Assembly (NCBI RefSeq): GCF_018350175.1
Contig: NC_058368.1
Coordinates: 89,902,001-89,966,000 of the forward strand
Direction: 5' to 3'
DNA: 64,000 bases
From: Felis catus
Lineage: Eukaryota
Made by a program: the position numbers and the translations under genes. Below, piece after piece: positions 26,165-39,220 of this stretch (its first letter is position 1; every line of letters starts with the position of its first letter). The notes beneath the pieces were generated by a model that was not told where the DNA came from, searched no databases, and was given only the letters and a program-made list of their open reading frames with translations.

Positions 26165-26850
26165 TTTTTTTTCTTTTTTAATATTTAAATTTTAATTAGT
26201 TAACATACCATGCAATATTGGTTTGAGGAGTAGAATTCAGTGATTCATCACTTACATGGAACACCCAGTGCTCATCCCAACAAGTGCCCTCCTTAATACC
26301 CACCATCCATATAGCCCATCCCCCATTCACCTCCCTCTATCAACCTTCAGTTTGTTCTCTATCCTCAAGAGTCTCTTATGGTTCACTTCCCTCTCTTCTC
26401 CCCCACCCCTGCCACCCCCGCTTCCCATATGTTCATGTTTTGTTTCTTAAATTACACATATGAGTAAAATCATATGGTATTTGCCTTTCTCTGATTGACT
26501 TATTTCACTTAGCATAATACCTTCTAGCTCCATCCATGTTGTTACAAATGCTAAGATTTCACTCTTTTTGATGGCTGGGTAATATTCAATTGTATATATA
26601 TACCACACCTTCTTTATCCATTCATCAATCAATGAACATTTGGACTCTCTCCATAGTTTAGCTATTGTTGATAATGCTGCTATAAATATTGGGGTGCATG
26701 TACCCCTTGGAATCTGTATTTTTGTATGTTTTGGGTAAATACCTAAGAGTACAATTGCTGGTATGTAGGGTAGTTCTATTTTTAGTTTCTTGAGGAACCT
26801 CCATACTGTTCTCCAGAGTGGCTGCACCAGTTTGCATCCCCACCAACAGA
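26165..26850 (-). mobile_element. Carnivore L1 3' end (ORF2 C-terminus, 3' UTR, polyA)
   Basis: ORF 26447-26854: [62 protein letters not shown]-rich tail at ~26165. Confidence 0.95.
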
Positions 26851-27497
26851 GCAACCCAGTTTCAGTTCGAATCCCTCTTCTTCTCTAGGATTATTTAGAA
26901 GGATTTTGCTTCTTGTGTTCAAGACTTTTTTTTTTACTATGCTTTTACTGTATGTATGTATGTTCCTGACACCTTCTCTTATTTAGTCCTTATAGCAGCT
27001 CATGCAGCAGAATACCAGTCCCACTTCACATGTGAGAAAACAGAAGTCCAGAAAGGGCCAGCAGTTAAGGGTCCTAAGGACAGAGTGGGGATCCCAGCCT
27101 AACCCGGAAGGCTGGGAGAGCACCCACTTCCCTGCCCTGAGAGAACAGGCTCTCCACAAAACAGCTTTCTGGGCAGCTGTTGTCAGCCCTGTCCTGAGCC
27201 TTGCTTCTTCTCAGTGGATGACAGCAGAGGGATGAGACTGTCTGGTTAGGGATGCACAGTCTCTCTCTCAGGCTGAGAAGCCACCCCTCAGATCCCAGCA
27301 GCATCCCGGGCCATGCTTGACCCTCCTTCCAGTGCAGCAAAGGGAAAAGTATGCTGGCAGGGAGGCAATCTATGGCCTATTGTCCAAAAGGCATTGGAGT
27401 GACCAAAGCCAAGGAGTACAGGGCAAGTGGTGGGTGTCAGGTAAGAAGCTAGGACCATTAGGTGGCCACTTTCAATAGAGCCAGTGTTGGGGGGAGC

Positions 27498-27706
27498 TTT
27501 TCTTTCTTTTTTTATTTAATATTTATCTATTGTGGGGAGAGTGCAAGCAGGGGAGGGGCAGAGAGAGGGGGACAGAGGATCCTAAGTGGGCTTTGCACTG
27601 ACAGGCTGACAGCAGCAAGTCTGATGCATGGCTCAAACTCATGAACCACAAGATCGTGACCTGAGTCAAAGTCAGATACCCAACTGACTGGGCCACCCAG
27701 GTGCCT
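27498..27706 (-). mobile_element. Can-SINE
   Basis: SINE consensus; flanking repeat gagcttttcttt. Confidence 0.88.
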
Positions 27707-27721
27707 GGGGGTGAGCTTTTC

Positions 27722-27954
27722 TTTTTTTTTTTTAATCTTTTTTTTTTGAATTTTTTATTTATTTTTGAGAGACAGAGAGAGACAGAGCACAAGCGGGAGA
27801 GGGACAGAAAGAGAGGGAGACACAGAATCTGAAACAAGCTCCAGGCTCCCAGCTGATAGCACAGAGCCCGGCGCAGGGCTCAAACTCACGAACTGCGAGA
27901 TCATGACCTGAGCTGAAGTCAGATGCCTAACCAACTGAGCCACCCAGGCACCCT
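27722..27954 (-). mobile_element. Can-SINE
   Basis: SINE consensus. Confidence 0.9.
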
Positions 27955-30658
27955 CGGAGGTGACCTTTCCTGATAGGTGACATGAGTCAGACTGTGTGGC
28001 ATTTTGGGACTGGAAGGAGGCTTCCCAGCTGAGGGAAGAGGGAGGGCCTGAAACAGGGGACGAATGACCTGTGCTCACTAGAGAATGGAGCTCATACCTC
28101 TGAGAATGGCCCTGAGGTCTTTCACACTGTCTCCTGGCCTATGCTCTTTGTTCACACACACGCGTACAGATGTACACACACACCTGCCCAGAACATGCTG
28201 GGTCATTCTGATAACATCCTGAACCAACGTGGCCATGGGTAGGTTTTGGGGATAATGGAGCATGTACCAACCCTGGGAGTTCACCCCACCTGCAGGTCCA
28301 GTGTCAGCACCAGCTGGTGGCTGCTCGAGGGTCCTGGCCCTGCCAGATGAATGCATGATGCACCCAGCCTCTCCGGCCCCTCTCCTGATCTGTTCAATGG
28401 GCGGATCGGCCCAGAAGGCCCCAGAGTCTCCGCAGTCCGGCACAGTCTGACTCACTCTGCAAACAAGTAACACACAGTTCATTTTCTTCATCTGCTGATG
28501 ACAAGACAATCTTGAAAAATCCTGTTACGTTGGGAGGGGTGACAGAAAGGCCATCTGGGCAACACCCGTCCCTAAGGTCAGTGATCATTCACTTTCCAGC
28601 TGTGTTTTTAGGAGTAAATAATTAAGGCTCCAAATGCTCTCAAGAGGGTGGCTCTGCGGCTGTCCTTGGTGGTGACCCTGCGACAGAGCCCCTTCTGATT
28701 AAGCTCTCTTACCCTGGCTGGAGTCCCACTTGCTGGTCCCGGCCATGGTCACTTTACCTCAGATAACAGGGCACCGTCAATCCCTGGGCTGCGGTTCTCA
28801 GATCCTCTGTGGCCTCCCCTTGCCTCACCCACTTCTCTGCTGTCCTGTAAGCACCTGTCCTGTGCTTGGTGGTTTGTAGAGGCCATCCTCATCCATTCTC
28901 TTACTTACCGGGGAGCTGGGCTTTCTCAGCCCCATTTCACAGAAGAGAAAATTGAGGCTCAGGGAGGCAAAGGGGCTTTCAGGGTCACAGGCCAGACAGA
29001 GGGGATTCCTCAGTATTCCTGTTCCCCCAATGAAATGCACCCTCCACCTCAGCTCCTCAGCTCTAAACCCTGCATCCAGTACAGTCCCTCTCTGGGCTCC
29101 AGACTCCCATCTATGGAAGGGACAGGTATCCAACAGGGCCCTAACCCCCTCAGCCTGCTACCCTCTTGTGCTCCAAGGATCAGCAAATGGCTCTCTTGCT
29201 GCCCCCAGAGCTGGATACTGAGGGCCATGCCATGGCTCTCTTCCTCCCCACTGCCCCTAACTGATAGCTCTAGAGCTCTGCCTGTGCAGCCTCCTGGAGC
29301 TCCCTCCTGTTACCAGGCATGCACCCAAGCCCAGCCACCCAGCTTCCTCCTGCCCCAGACATTTTCTAAAGTGAAAAGCCCACCAAGTCACTTCTGCTTA
29401 GGGGCAATCACTGCGCCTCCAACCACAGAGCTCTGGTTCTGGCTGGGTGGGCTCCCCACATGCTTCTCTTCTGCCTGATCCCTGTCCTACCCACTTGTGA
29501 TAGAAGGTTTTGCAACCTGTTCGCCATGCCCTTAGTCTGGTAACAGCACCTCAGACTTTCCTTGGCGAATGTTCACCTGCACCCCTATGGTGGGTATGTA
29601 ACCCAGACCTATGATGGTATATACAACAATTAGTTTGGGAATGCAAGAATCCCTGGACAATCTGAGGGATGTCCCCAGGACTTCTGCTGGGATCTCTGGG
29701 GAGGGGTGCTGCTGCCCACTGGGGTTGCTGTCAGTAACATATAAGCTTGGGACTGCCAGGGGCCAGCAAGTAAGGGAAGCTGACCTGAAGCCAAAGCAGA
29801 GCTGAGGGACTGCACACAGGATCCAAGCACCTGGACCTGAACCTACCCCTGCAATTTTGAGTTACGTGAACCAGCGAAGTCCCTTTATGACTTGCACTGG
29901 TTTGCATTTTTTTTCCTCCCAGTTACACGCCATCCAGATCAGTTCTAGGAAGAGTGGGTGGCTTCCTCCACTTGTTCCCATTTATCTGTTGTTCTTTGCG
30001 GCTCAGTGAGGATTCACATCTGCCACCCAGCTTCACCGTGAGCTGTCAAGGGCAAGGATGGAGCCTGACTCATCGTCATCCTTCACTGCCAGCATGAGGC
30101 TGGTGCATGGTCAGCCTAGGAGGGATCCAAGGGGGAGAGGAAGCCATGAGGGATATTTTCTGAGTGGATCCCCATCCTTGCTTTTGGTGTCACTGCGTTC
30201 CCTCTTGATCGCCTCAGGAAAGAGATAAGATTCCTACTTTTGGGAAAGAGAAGTAATGAGAAAGGAAGGTTCTCACTGCTTCTGCAGGCTCTCTCAGACT
30301 CAGCCCACCTGTGACCTTCAGACACTCAGTGAGTGTGATGGATGGATATAGTGTTGGACCACCCAGCATCTTCCCTTTTTCCCATCTGAGGACCCTCCCT
30401 TCACCTCTCATTCTAGGTGGTTCCAGAGTGAACCCCTGTCCTCAGCTCCCAGGACTGGTCCCTGAGTGGGGAAGTGAGCTCATGTGTCTAACCTCACCAG
30501 GATGGTGCATTGTATAGTCCCAGCCACTAAGCCTGGGCACCTGCCTGAGAGACCACAGGAGGTGGGGTGAGAGGGAGACAGCACCATGAAGATGCTATTT
30601 GAGCCCCTGGATCTACTTTTTGGGAATAGACCATTTCCTTCTTTTTTGCTCAAGTTGA

Positions 30659-31045
30659 TGTCTTAGTCAGTCAGGCTGCCGTAATAAAATAGCCAGGTGA
30701 TTCAAACAGCAGACATTTATTTTTCACAGCTCTGGAGGCCAGGAAGTCAAGATTAAAGTGCCAGCAGATTCAGTTCTTTTAGTTCTTGGTGAGGGTCCTA
30801 TTCCTGGAACGTAGACCGAGCCTTCTTGCTGTGTCTTCCTGTGGCCTTTCCTTGGTGGCCCGTGAGTGGAGAGAGAGCAATCTCTTGTAAGGACTCAAAT
30901 CCCACCGAGCGGGTCCCCCACCCTCATGACCTCATCTAAATCTAATCACCTCATCTAAATCTAAGTCCCCACCTCCAAACACCATTACACTGGGAGTTAG
31001 GGTTTCAACACATGAATTTTGAGGGGATGAAGACATTCAGTCAAA
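30659..31045 (-). mobile_element. MaLR LTR (MLT1A-like)
   Basis: tgtcttagtcagtcaggctgccgtaataaaa..ttcacagctctggaggccaggaagtcaagattaaagtgccagcagattc..ttagggtttcaacacatgaattttgaggg. Confidence 0.8.
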
Positions 31046-31333
31046 TGGCCAGTTTGAGGTGCGTTCTTGGTCCAAGAACTGAACAGAGGCCTGAGGTCAG
31101 AACTGTGTGGGACTCCAGGCCAGCCTCGTGGCTGATTTAGGGTTTCAGGGGACAGAAGGCAGAAGACGGCCCACCAAAGTCCTGTGCTCAGTGGAGATCT
31201 TGGAAGTCTCATCAAAATGGAGCCATTGAGTGGCCCCAGTCACAGGATTACAAGGATTTCTTTGATGGCAAATGAGAGAACACAGAGTCACATCCCCCAG
31301 TATCTTCATTGTGCCAGGTGTGAAAGACTGGTA

Positions 31334-31548
31334 GGGGCACCTGGGTGGCTCAGTCGGTTAAGTGCCCAACTTCAGCTCAGGTCATGATCTCACAGTTTGT
31401 AATTTTGAGCCCCAAGTCGAGTTCTGTGCTGACAGCTTGGAGCCTGGAGTCTGCGTCAGATTCCGTGTCTCCCTCTTTCTCTGCCCCTCCCCCGCTCACA
31501 CTCACACGCGCTCTCAAAAATAAATAAACATTAAAAAATAATAATAAA
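31334..31548 (+). mobile_element. Can-SINE
   Basis: SINE consensus. Confidence 0.9.
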
Positions 31549-32724
31549 AGAAAAGCACCTCGTATGAAGTACCATGGTCAGCCAGCATCCCTGAAATGGG
31601 CAATCACGGTGACCTGCCTGTGTGTGTGTAGGGTTGGTGGGAGCCAAGGCAGGCCTTTCCTTCCGGGAAAGGCTTTTCTGTGCTTGCTTGTTAGCAGTAT
31701 CTCTGCCATGATTCCATCTGTGCACATGGGCATGCCAGGCTGGAGGGCTAAGAGTCTGGATGTTGGCCTATTTTCAGTTATTTTTGCTCACCAACATCTG
31801 CAGACCCACGAGAAGATCCAAAGTATTTCGCTCCATAGACTGAAATTGGTCAGCCTCGTGACATGGGACAATTTGCATCCCTGGAGGACACAGACAGCCT
31901 TGTTCTCCCTGCCCTGGCTTCTCCACCACAGAGCAGGTCAGCCAGGCGGGCTGTGCCAAGAGGCCAGCCCCGTGTGTGCCTCCACAGCCTTTGGCCTCAC
32001 AGGGCCGGTGGGGCCTGAGTCACAGGCCTGCAACTGGTCATTTTGCAGGCATGACAGGAGGCCCGCACTGTTCTTCCTGGGCTGGGGTGGGGCTGTCTGC
32101 TTCCCAGGAGCAGGAGGCCCTTTGGACAAGAAGCCTTTCCTGCTAGGCTTGAAAGCTTTTGATTTCTTCTTTATGGGAGGATGATGAAAATATTCTCCAA
32201 CGGATTGCAGTGATGGTTGCACAGTTCTGAGAATATACAAAACCATTTTACGCTGCATGTCGTTGGATTATATGCCAACAAAGCCGTTATCGTTATCAAT
32301 ACAACCAAATGCAGTGAGGAGTAGACACTACATAGTATCTTTGTAGCCCTTGTTTCCTACGGAATCACACAGCCTGTGCTCACCCGATTCTGAGTTGCAC
32401 AGCATTTCATGGTGGAATGAAATGTTCCACACTCTTCATGAAACCAGGCCTCTGTTGATACATATTGCCAAATTGCTCTCTGGAAGGCTGTACTAACTGA
32501 CACTTTCTTAGTGTGTCCGATATCTGCTATCCTCCATTTTATGGAAGGGATGCTGTTTTGCTCAAGGCCATACCTAACAAGGCAGCACAGAGTCGGAGTG
32601 CAAACCTGCTTAGTCCGGCTCTGGGCCGGAGGTCTGCTCCCTGGTGTCCACATCTGCCCCCTCTGGGCCCTGGGGTTGTTGTTTTACCAGAAGTCTGTGG
32701 TCTGTACATCTGTCTGTGCCTGGA

Positions 32725-32918
32725 GGGGCGCCTGGGTGGCTCAGTCAGTGAAGCGCACACCTTTGGCTCAAGTCATGATCTCACGGCTTATGGGTTCGAG
32801 CCCCCATGTTGGACTCTCTGCTGTCAGTGCAGAGCCCTCTTCGGTTCCTCTTTTTCCCTCTCTCTCTGCCCCTCTTTCACTTTCTGTCTCTCAAAAATAA
32901 GTAAACATTTTTAAAAAA
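32725..32918 (+). mobile_element. Can-SINE
   Basis: SINE consensus. Confidence 0.9.
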
Positions 32919-33011
32919 CAAAACAAACCAAAAAACACTTGCTAATATCAGACCATCACATGTGGGGGAGGGAGGTTGTATATGCTGTTACAGATTATAA
33001 ATTTAAAAGTC

Positions 33012-33185
33012 GGGGCACCTGGGTGACTCAGTCTGTTAAGTGTCCGACTTCGGCTCAGGTCATGATCTCACCATTCAGAGTTCGAGCCCCATGTCGGGCT
33101 CTGTGCTGACAGCTCAGAGCCTGGAGCCAGTTTCAGATTCTGTGTCTCCCTGTCTCTCTGTCTCTGCCCTTCCCCTGCTCGTGCT

Positions 33186-33233
<48 letters not shown>

Positions 33234-33250
33234 ACTAAACATTAAAAAAA
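33012..33250 (+). mobile_element. Can-SINE with long (CT)n
   Basis: SINE consensus. Confidence 0.9.
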
Positions 33251-33480
33251 CTTTTGTTCAAAAAAAAGAAAAAAATCTTCAAGACATACCAACCAAAGGC
33301 AATGGGTAAATGGTGTTGGTATCCTGATTTAAACCAATAAGCTATAAAAAGACGCTTTTGACACAATCGAGGAATATTGAATATACTCCAATACGTATCA
33401 ATATTAAAGATGAGGTGAGTGTTAGATAATATTAATACATTGCTATTAATTTTGTGTGGTGTGATACTGCTATTACAGTC

Positions 33481-33704
33481 TTTTTTTTTTAATTTTTTTT
33501 TCAACGTTTATTTATTTTTGGGACAGAGAGAGACAGAGTATGAACAGGGGAGGGGCAGAGAGAGAGGGAGACACAGAATCGGAAACAGGCTCCAGGCTCT
33601 GAGCCATCAGCGCAGAGCCCGATGCGGGGCTTGAACTCCCGGACCGCGAGATCATGACCTGGCTGAAGTCGGATGCTTAACCGACTGTGCCACCCAGGCG
33701 CCCC
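33481..33704 (-). mobile_element. Can-SINE (young, CpG-rich)
   Basis: Retains CpGs; flanking repeat acagtctt. Confidence 0.92.
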
Positions 33705-35568
33705 ACAGTCTTAAGAGCTTTACACACAATGAATTATTAATGAATCAAATCATAGCAGGACGTGTTCCATTAAAACAAAAACTTGAAAGAGAGTTAAGAC
33801 AAAATCAGTTACACATCAATAATTGTTGACTCTGGGGAATGAGTATGAAGGGGTTCATTCGACTATTTTTGAAATTTTTCAGAACAAAAAAAGCACATGT
33901 GGACGTGTATGTCATTGCGTGAGGATACATATTTGCCGAGACCCAAAATATTTTCTAAAGATAATATTGCTAAGGTTAAAAACTGCACCCTCTGGTTTCC
34001 ATTTACAAGAAAAGAAAGAAAGACGGTTTTTGGAGACAGGTCGAGTCATTCCAGAAAGTGTGCAAGACCTGGACGTGCTAGCAGAGTGGAGAAGCCCTGT
34101 GAGCTGGTAGATCCCCCCTTACCTCCCACACTCCACTGAAAGTCAAAGTGAGGGTGACAGTTGGCTGTCAGGTTCCAGAAACAGGTGGTGGTACCACCCA
34201 CATCCCAGGAGGAAGTTCAGGCAGTTCACAAAGATCAGTGCTTGGAGGACCACATCCCAGGAAGGACACGCCTCCACGGTGCACGGCACGTGAAAGTAAT
34301 GAATGCAGTCTCAGTGACTGGGTGGGCCACCTGGGAGCCCCCAGACACAGCCGAGAGCAGAGTGACAGAGACCAGGGAAAGGGCAAACATGCGCAAGGGT
34401 CAACCTCCCCAGGTGAGCCAGGGCCCCCACCCACTCAAGGACAAAATGTGTGAGTGGTTCAGGCACACCTGCCTTCAGGCAGGGCTGGAACCAACACAGA
34501 TCTCCTTTCCTGTTTTATCTACACTCTTGGATTCTCCCCACTGGGGTGAAGCTGGCACAGGCAACACCCCCGTCCTATACCCTAATACCTGAGGGACTGG
34601 AAGAAAACTTTTTTCTGATGGTTCCGGACAAACTCCTCCGGGATGACACTCACTGGTTGTTATCAGCCCAGGTCCAGTCCAGACTCCATTCCTATGTTCC
34701 CAGTGGTGCCCTCATTGTCCAGACCTGGGCCATGTGCCCACCACAGCAGCCAGGAGGGAAGGCAGCCCCCTGGAATCCAGGTTGTTGATCCCAGAGGGAA
34801 GGAAAACAGGCCCGAACTCCCCCACTGCCCATCAGTCGCTCCAGAAGTCGCTCCACTGCCTACGTGCCAAGTAAATGCCCAGGCAGACCCTCCCTGAAGC
34901 TAGAAGGGGCCAGGAGGTTCTTGCGTCCCCACTGCCTTAACAAACATGGAAACCAGGACACACATGACATAAGAATGGCTCTGGGTCTGCTCTGGGGCCC
35001 AGACGCGGCCTCATGGAGCTGGACGGACCCTTGTATAGGATGCTTTTCACTGCCCTATCTGCATGGCCCACCCAGAAATGCTCCTCTCCATCAGAGAGTG
35101 GAGAGGGATGCCAGAAGAGTCCTGGACCCCAAACCTTCACCCTCTGTCCCTGCCCCAGGCTCTAAAAATTATAGCCAAATGCCGCTGCTAGACTGGACAA
35201 CATGGAGGTGACATTAGCCACCACACTCAAAGACCCCCTCCTCTATCCACTCCCAGAATCTACAGGACATCAGCAGTGTATGGAATAGTCAGTTCAGCTG
35301 CCCATGGGGCCAGGCAGGAAACCAAGGCTAAAAGGACAGCCAGCGCCCAGCCTGGAGGGAAGCACAGAGAGGACATGGAAGGCAAGCCCCTCTCAGGACA
35401 CAGCCACACTCAAGCACTGGGAAACCATCACCAGAATTGCTAGCTCATCTGATTGGTGACGAGAAGCTGGAAGCCCAGGACACCCCCTGGGCCCTTCTTA
35501 GTCTCGTCTTAGTAGACAAAAAGGTAAGAAAACAGGAATGCGGCATCAGAGTCGACATTAGTGGCACT

Positions 35569-35686
35569 AGAGTGACCAATTGCCACCCCTGCCTGGCTCG
35601 CCCAGGACTGAGGGGTTCCCTGGGGTGTGGGAACTTCAGTACTAACCCCAGGACGGTCCCAGTGAAACTCAGACAACTAGTCACCT
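35569..35686. mobile_element. MER81-like hAT-Blackjack MITE
   Basis: TIRs agagtgacc...agtcacct; internal ccaggactgaggggttccctggggtgtgggaacttcagtactaa. Confidence 0.6.
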
Positions 35687-36354
35687 TGGGTCACACCCTC
35701 AGACAGGATGACAGAGCATTTCCTAAAGGGAGTGGGGAGGGCTGGGTCAGCCTCAGAGGTGCCCAGCCAGAGCATTACCATTCCGAGACCTCAAGGGGCA
35801 GGATCCAGAGAGGGCAGTGTGGGAGAGGCCGCCAGACCCAAGCTGAGGCCTTAGGGAGAAGATTTCTATCCTGACCTCACCCCCTCCTTCTCCAGACCTC
35901 CTGCTGGCCAGAACCAACCAGAAGCCAGAGGGCCTGGGACCCCTGAGAAGGTCAGCCTCCCAGGGCACAGAGCGGGGGAGGGGTAAAGAAATGGATCTGG
36001 TGCCCTTTTGTCCCAGAGGAGATGCTTGCCTGAAGTGATGGGGCCAGAAAGAATTCACTGCTCAGAGTAGGCTGAGCTTCTGCTGTGCAGGTGTTACTAT
36101 CACCAGCTCCTGCGTCTCGGCCAGAGAGCCTCCAGGGCCCACACCTCCTGGGGTCAGCTGCTGCTCTCCGTTCACCAATGCCAACAGCCAATGCATGCAA
36201 TCCCAGATTTCTGCTCGCCCGCAAGGAAAGACCCTCACTGTCTCCTGGCTGGGCAGAGCAGAGGCCCAGCTCTGCCTGGGTGCAATGGCACCGGAAGTGC
36301 GTTGACAGTGCTGGCATTTCTGGGCCACATCCGGGCTTCTTCACAGCACAATTC

Positions 36355-36414
36355 TTTCTTTCTCTTTTTCTTTCTTTCTGTCCCTCTTTCTTGCTTTCTC
36401 TCTCTCTTTCTTTC

Positions 36415-36471
<57 letters not shown>

Positions 36472-36475
36472 TTTC
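36355..36475. repeat. (CTTT)n microsatellite
   Basis: Seen directly; derived from a SINE tail. Confidence 0.9.
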
Positions 36476-36491
36476 ATTTTTATATATCTAA

Positions 36492-36681
36492 GGGAGCCTG
36501 GGTGGCTCAGTCGGTTGGGTGTCAAACTTCAGCTCGGGTCATGGCCTCGCTGCTCTGTGCTGCAAGCTCGGAGCCTGGAGCCTGCTTTGGATTCTGTGTC
36601 TCCCTCTCTCTCTTCCCTCTTCTCTGCTCATACCTCTGTCTGTCTGTCTCTCTCTCTCTAAAATAAATAAACATTAAAAAA
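36492..36681 (+). mobile_element. Can-SINE nested in the tail of another SINE
   Basis: SINE consensus with an internal deletion. Confidence 0.88.
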
Positions 36682-36685
36682 TTTA

Positions 36686-36853
36686 TTTTTAAGTTTTTAT
36701 ATATTTATTTTGACAGAGAGAGAATCCCAAGCAGGCTCCATGCTGTCTGCAGAGGTGGATGTGGGGCTCAAACTCACAAACTGCTTGTGAGATCATAACC
36801 TGAGCCGAAATCAAGAGTCAGACACCTAACTGACCAAGCCACCCAGGTGCCCC
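36686..36853 (-). mobile_element. Can-SINE (host; tail extends to ~36360)
   Basis: TSD cacaattctttct at 36347-36359 and 36854-36866. Confidence 0.85.
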
Positions 36854-38989
36854 CACAATTCTTTCTAATCCAAAGATCAAACTCTGGCTACAAAACAGTA
36901 TTTGTGGTATAACCGTATTATTGTTTAAATAATGACTACCAATGCAAAGAATATTGTTTTGAGGCGGTCGTAAAAAAACTTGATAGGATTAACCCTTACA
37001 AGATTCTTTTTTATTTCCTTCCTAAAATGAATGTGTATCTTTCCTGGAAGAACAAAGTTATACAGATTTATAATTAACTTTGTTATTTTGTTAAATTAAT
37101 TTCCAGTCATAAAAGAATATGGGAGCTCAGGCTTGTAACAGAACTCCTTCTCAGTCCCTGCAGAAGAGAGAAAGAAGTTGGAAAAAGTCCGTGGCTCCAA
37201 GGAACTCTTTAGGAAGGTCACCTCCGTGCTGAGCTGAAAGGGAAGGGAGGGCTTCTCTTGTCTCAATGCTGGCCTTGGGGGTGGGAGAGTGGGGGCAGCC
37301 ATCTGGTAACCCAAAATGAGCCAGACAACACTTCCCCTCTCCCATGCCCCGGCCAACCTCCTGAAGCCTTACTCCCTCCAGGCCTACACTCAGGGCAGAA
37401 TTCCTGCCTCAGTTTCCGATCCAGATCTCCATTGCTGGCTGTCCTCGAACCCTGGTCCTGGGGCCAGTCGTTAAGACCCTCCCTAGCCCTGCGCCTCTGC
37501 ACCCCACCCCACCCCTATCCACTCCACCAGAACCCAACCCCATAGAAGAGAAAAGGGAGGAGCCTGGGGGGCGTGGCTTCCTGCCCCAAGCCCAGGTCTG
37601 GCCTCATACCTCGCTCTGCTTGTGCTCCCCACCACAGATCTCAGCTGAGGACAAGCCACCCTGAGGCAAGGAACTCTACCCAGGTAGTCTCTGGCCTGGG
37701 TTCCCTGAACCTTGTCTGCCATGGGCACTATTCCAGGTCCCCTAAGAATCTCGTGCCCCAACCCCTGGAGGGAGTGATCCGATGCAGAGCTCTGGATACA
37801 CACCTCAGCACCCTCCCCCCCCCCCCCCCCCCAGCTCCCTGGACCCTCTGCTGAAGCTTGGGAAGGCCTGTGCTGCACGGCTCTTGGCAGGGCTGGGTCC
37901 CTGGGACCTTCAGGAGCTGACATCGAGGTCTGCCTGGCATTTCTGCTCTCAGAGGGGAACAAGAAGATCAGGAGGAACAGGTGACTACCCTGGGCCACCC
38001 AGTGGCCACAGCCCAGCTGGGATAAGTGGAGACTGGTGGTGAGGGCCCCGATGACAGCATGGGAGCTGTTGAAAGCCCAGCTAGGAATCCCACAGGAGTT
38101 AGAGGGCAGCCCTCATCATACCTGGAACCCTATAACCCACTCCAGGACCCAGTGGAAATGTTAAAGGAAAAAAAAGCATCTGAACAGACGCTGTGGCCCA
38201 AGGCTAGCAAGCACATTCCGTGTCTACCAGGACAGCCGTGGGACTTAGTGGACTATGTGGAAAGAGGAGAAGGAAGTAGATTTCTGGGTTTTTTGGGAGA
38301 AACCAGTCAGTGAACAAATTCCCCCAGTTATATAAAAGTTGACTTGAGGTCTGAAAAAAATGGGCAGGTGAAGAAACCACATCTGTGGCTGCTCTTACCA
38401 AATCCAGCATGTGGTCTTATTCTGTTGGCCAGAAGGGTCAAGGTCACTCCTGGAAAGTGAGGCCAGAGCCATCCATGGTGATCAGCCAGGCCCTGTGAGT
38501 TTCTGGCTCCAGCTCGATTCTCAGGCACAGGATTCTCCTGGGAGCACAGGTATGGAGCCAGGCTAGGCAAGGCATCTACCCATGGTCTTGTATCCTCCTT
38601 CTTCTGAGAGGGGCCATGCCTGGGCCTCCTGATCCAGACCAGCCCCCTACTTCCTGGCTGTGTGACTTGGGGCAGATTGTTTAATCTTACTAAATCCCAG
38701 GGGCCTCCTGGGTTGTACCAGGACAGGTCCCTGACTAGGTTGAGGGCAGGAAGGGGCAGCACCTTATAGGTTGGGGCCACCAGCTGCCTAACTGCTTCCC
38801 TGAACCTCAGATCACAATTCCAGGAGGTTGAAGCAATCAGGACTCAATTTGGTTGCGAATGACAGAAGTCACTTTGAAGTGCCTCCAGTGAAGATGGGAA
38901 CTTATTGAGCCTTGATACCAAGAATTCCAGGAATAAATCTGGCTTCGGCCCCAGCTAAACCCGGGGGCTCCAAAAAATGTGCATCTTCA

Positions 38990-39178
38990 GGGCTCCTGAT
39001 GGCCCAGTTAGTTGAGTGTCCTGATTCTAGATTTCAGCTCAGGTCATGATCTCAGGGTCATGGGATCAAGCTCCGTGTCAGGCTCTATGTTCAGTGTGGA
39101 GCCTGCTTAAGATTCTCTGTGTCTCTCCCTTTCTCTCTTTCCCTCTTTCCCTCTGTTCCTTTCCCCTGCTTGTGCTCA

Positions 39179-39216
<38 letters not shown>

Positions 39217-39220
39217 AAAC
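38990..39220 (+). mobile_element. Can-SINE
   Basis: TSD aaatgtgcaYct. Confidence 0.88.

Noticed and set aside
31564..32184. 206-aa plus-strand ORF
   Set aside because: No recognisable motif, promoter or splice context.
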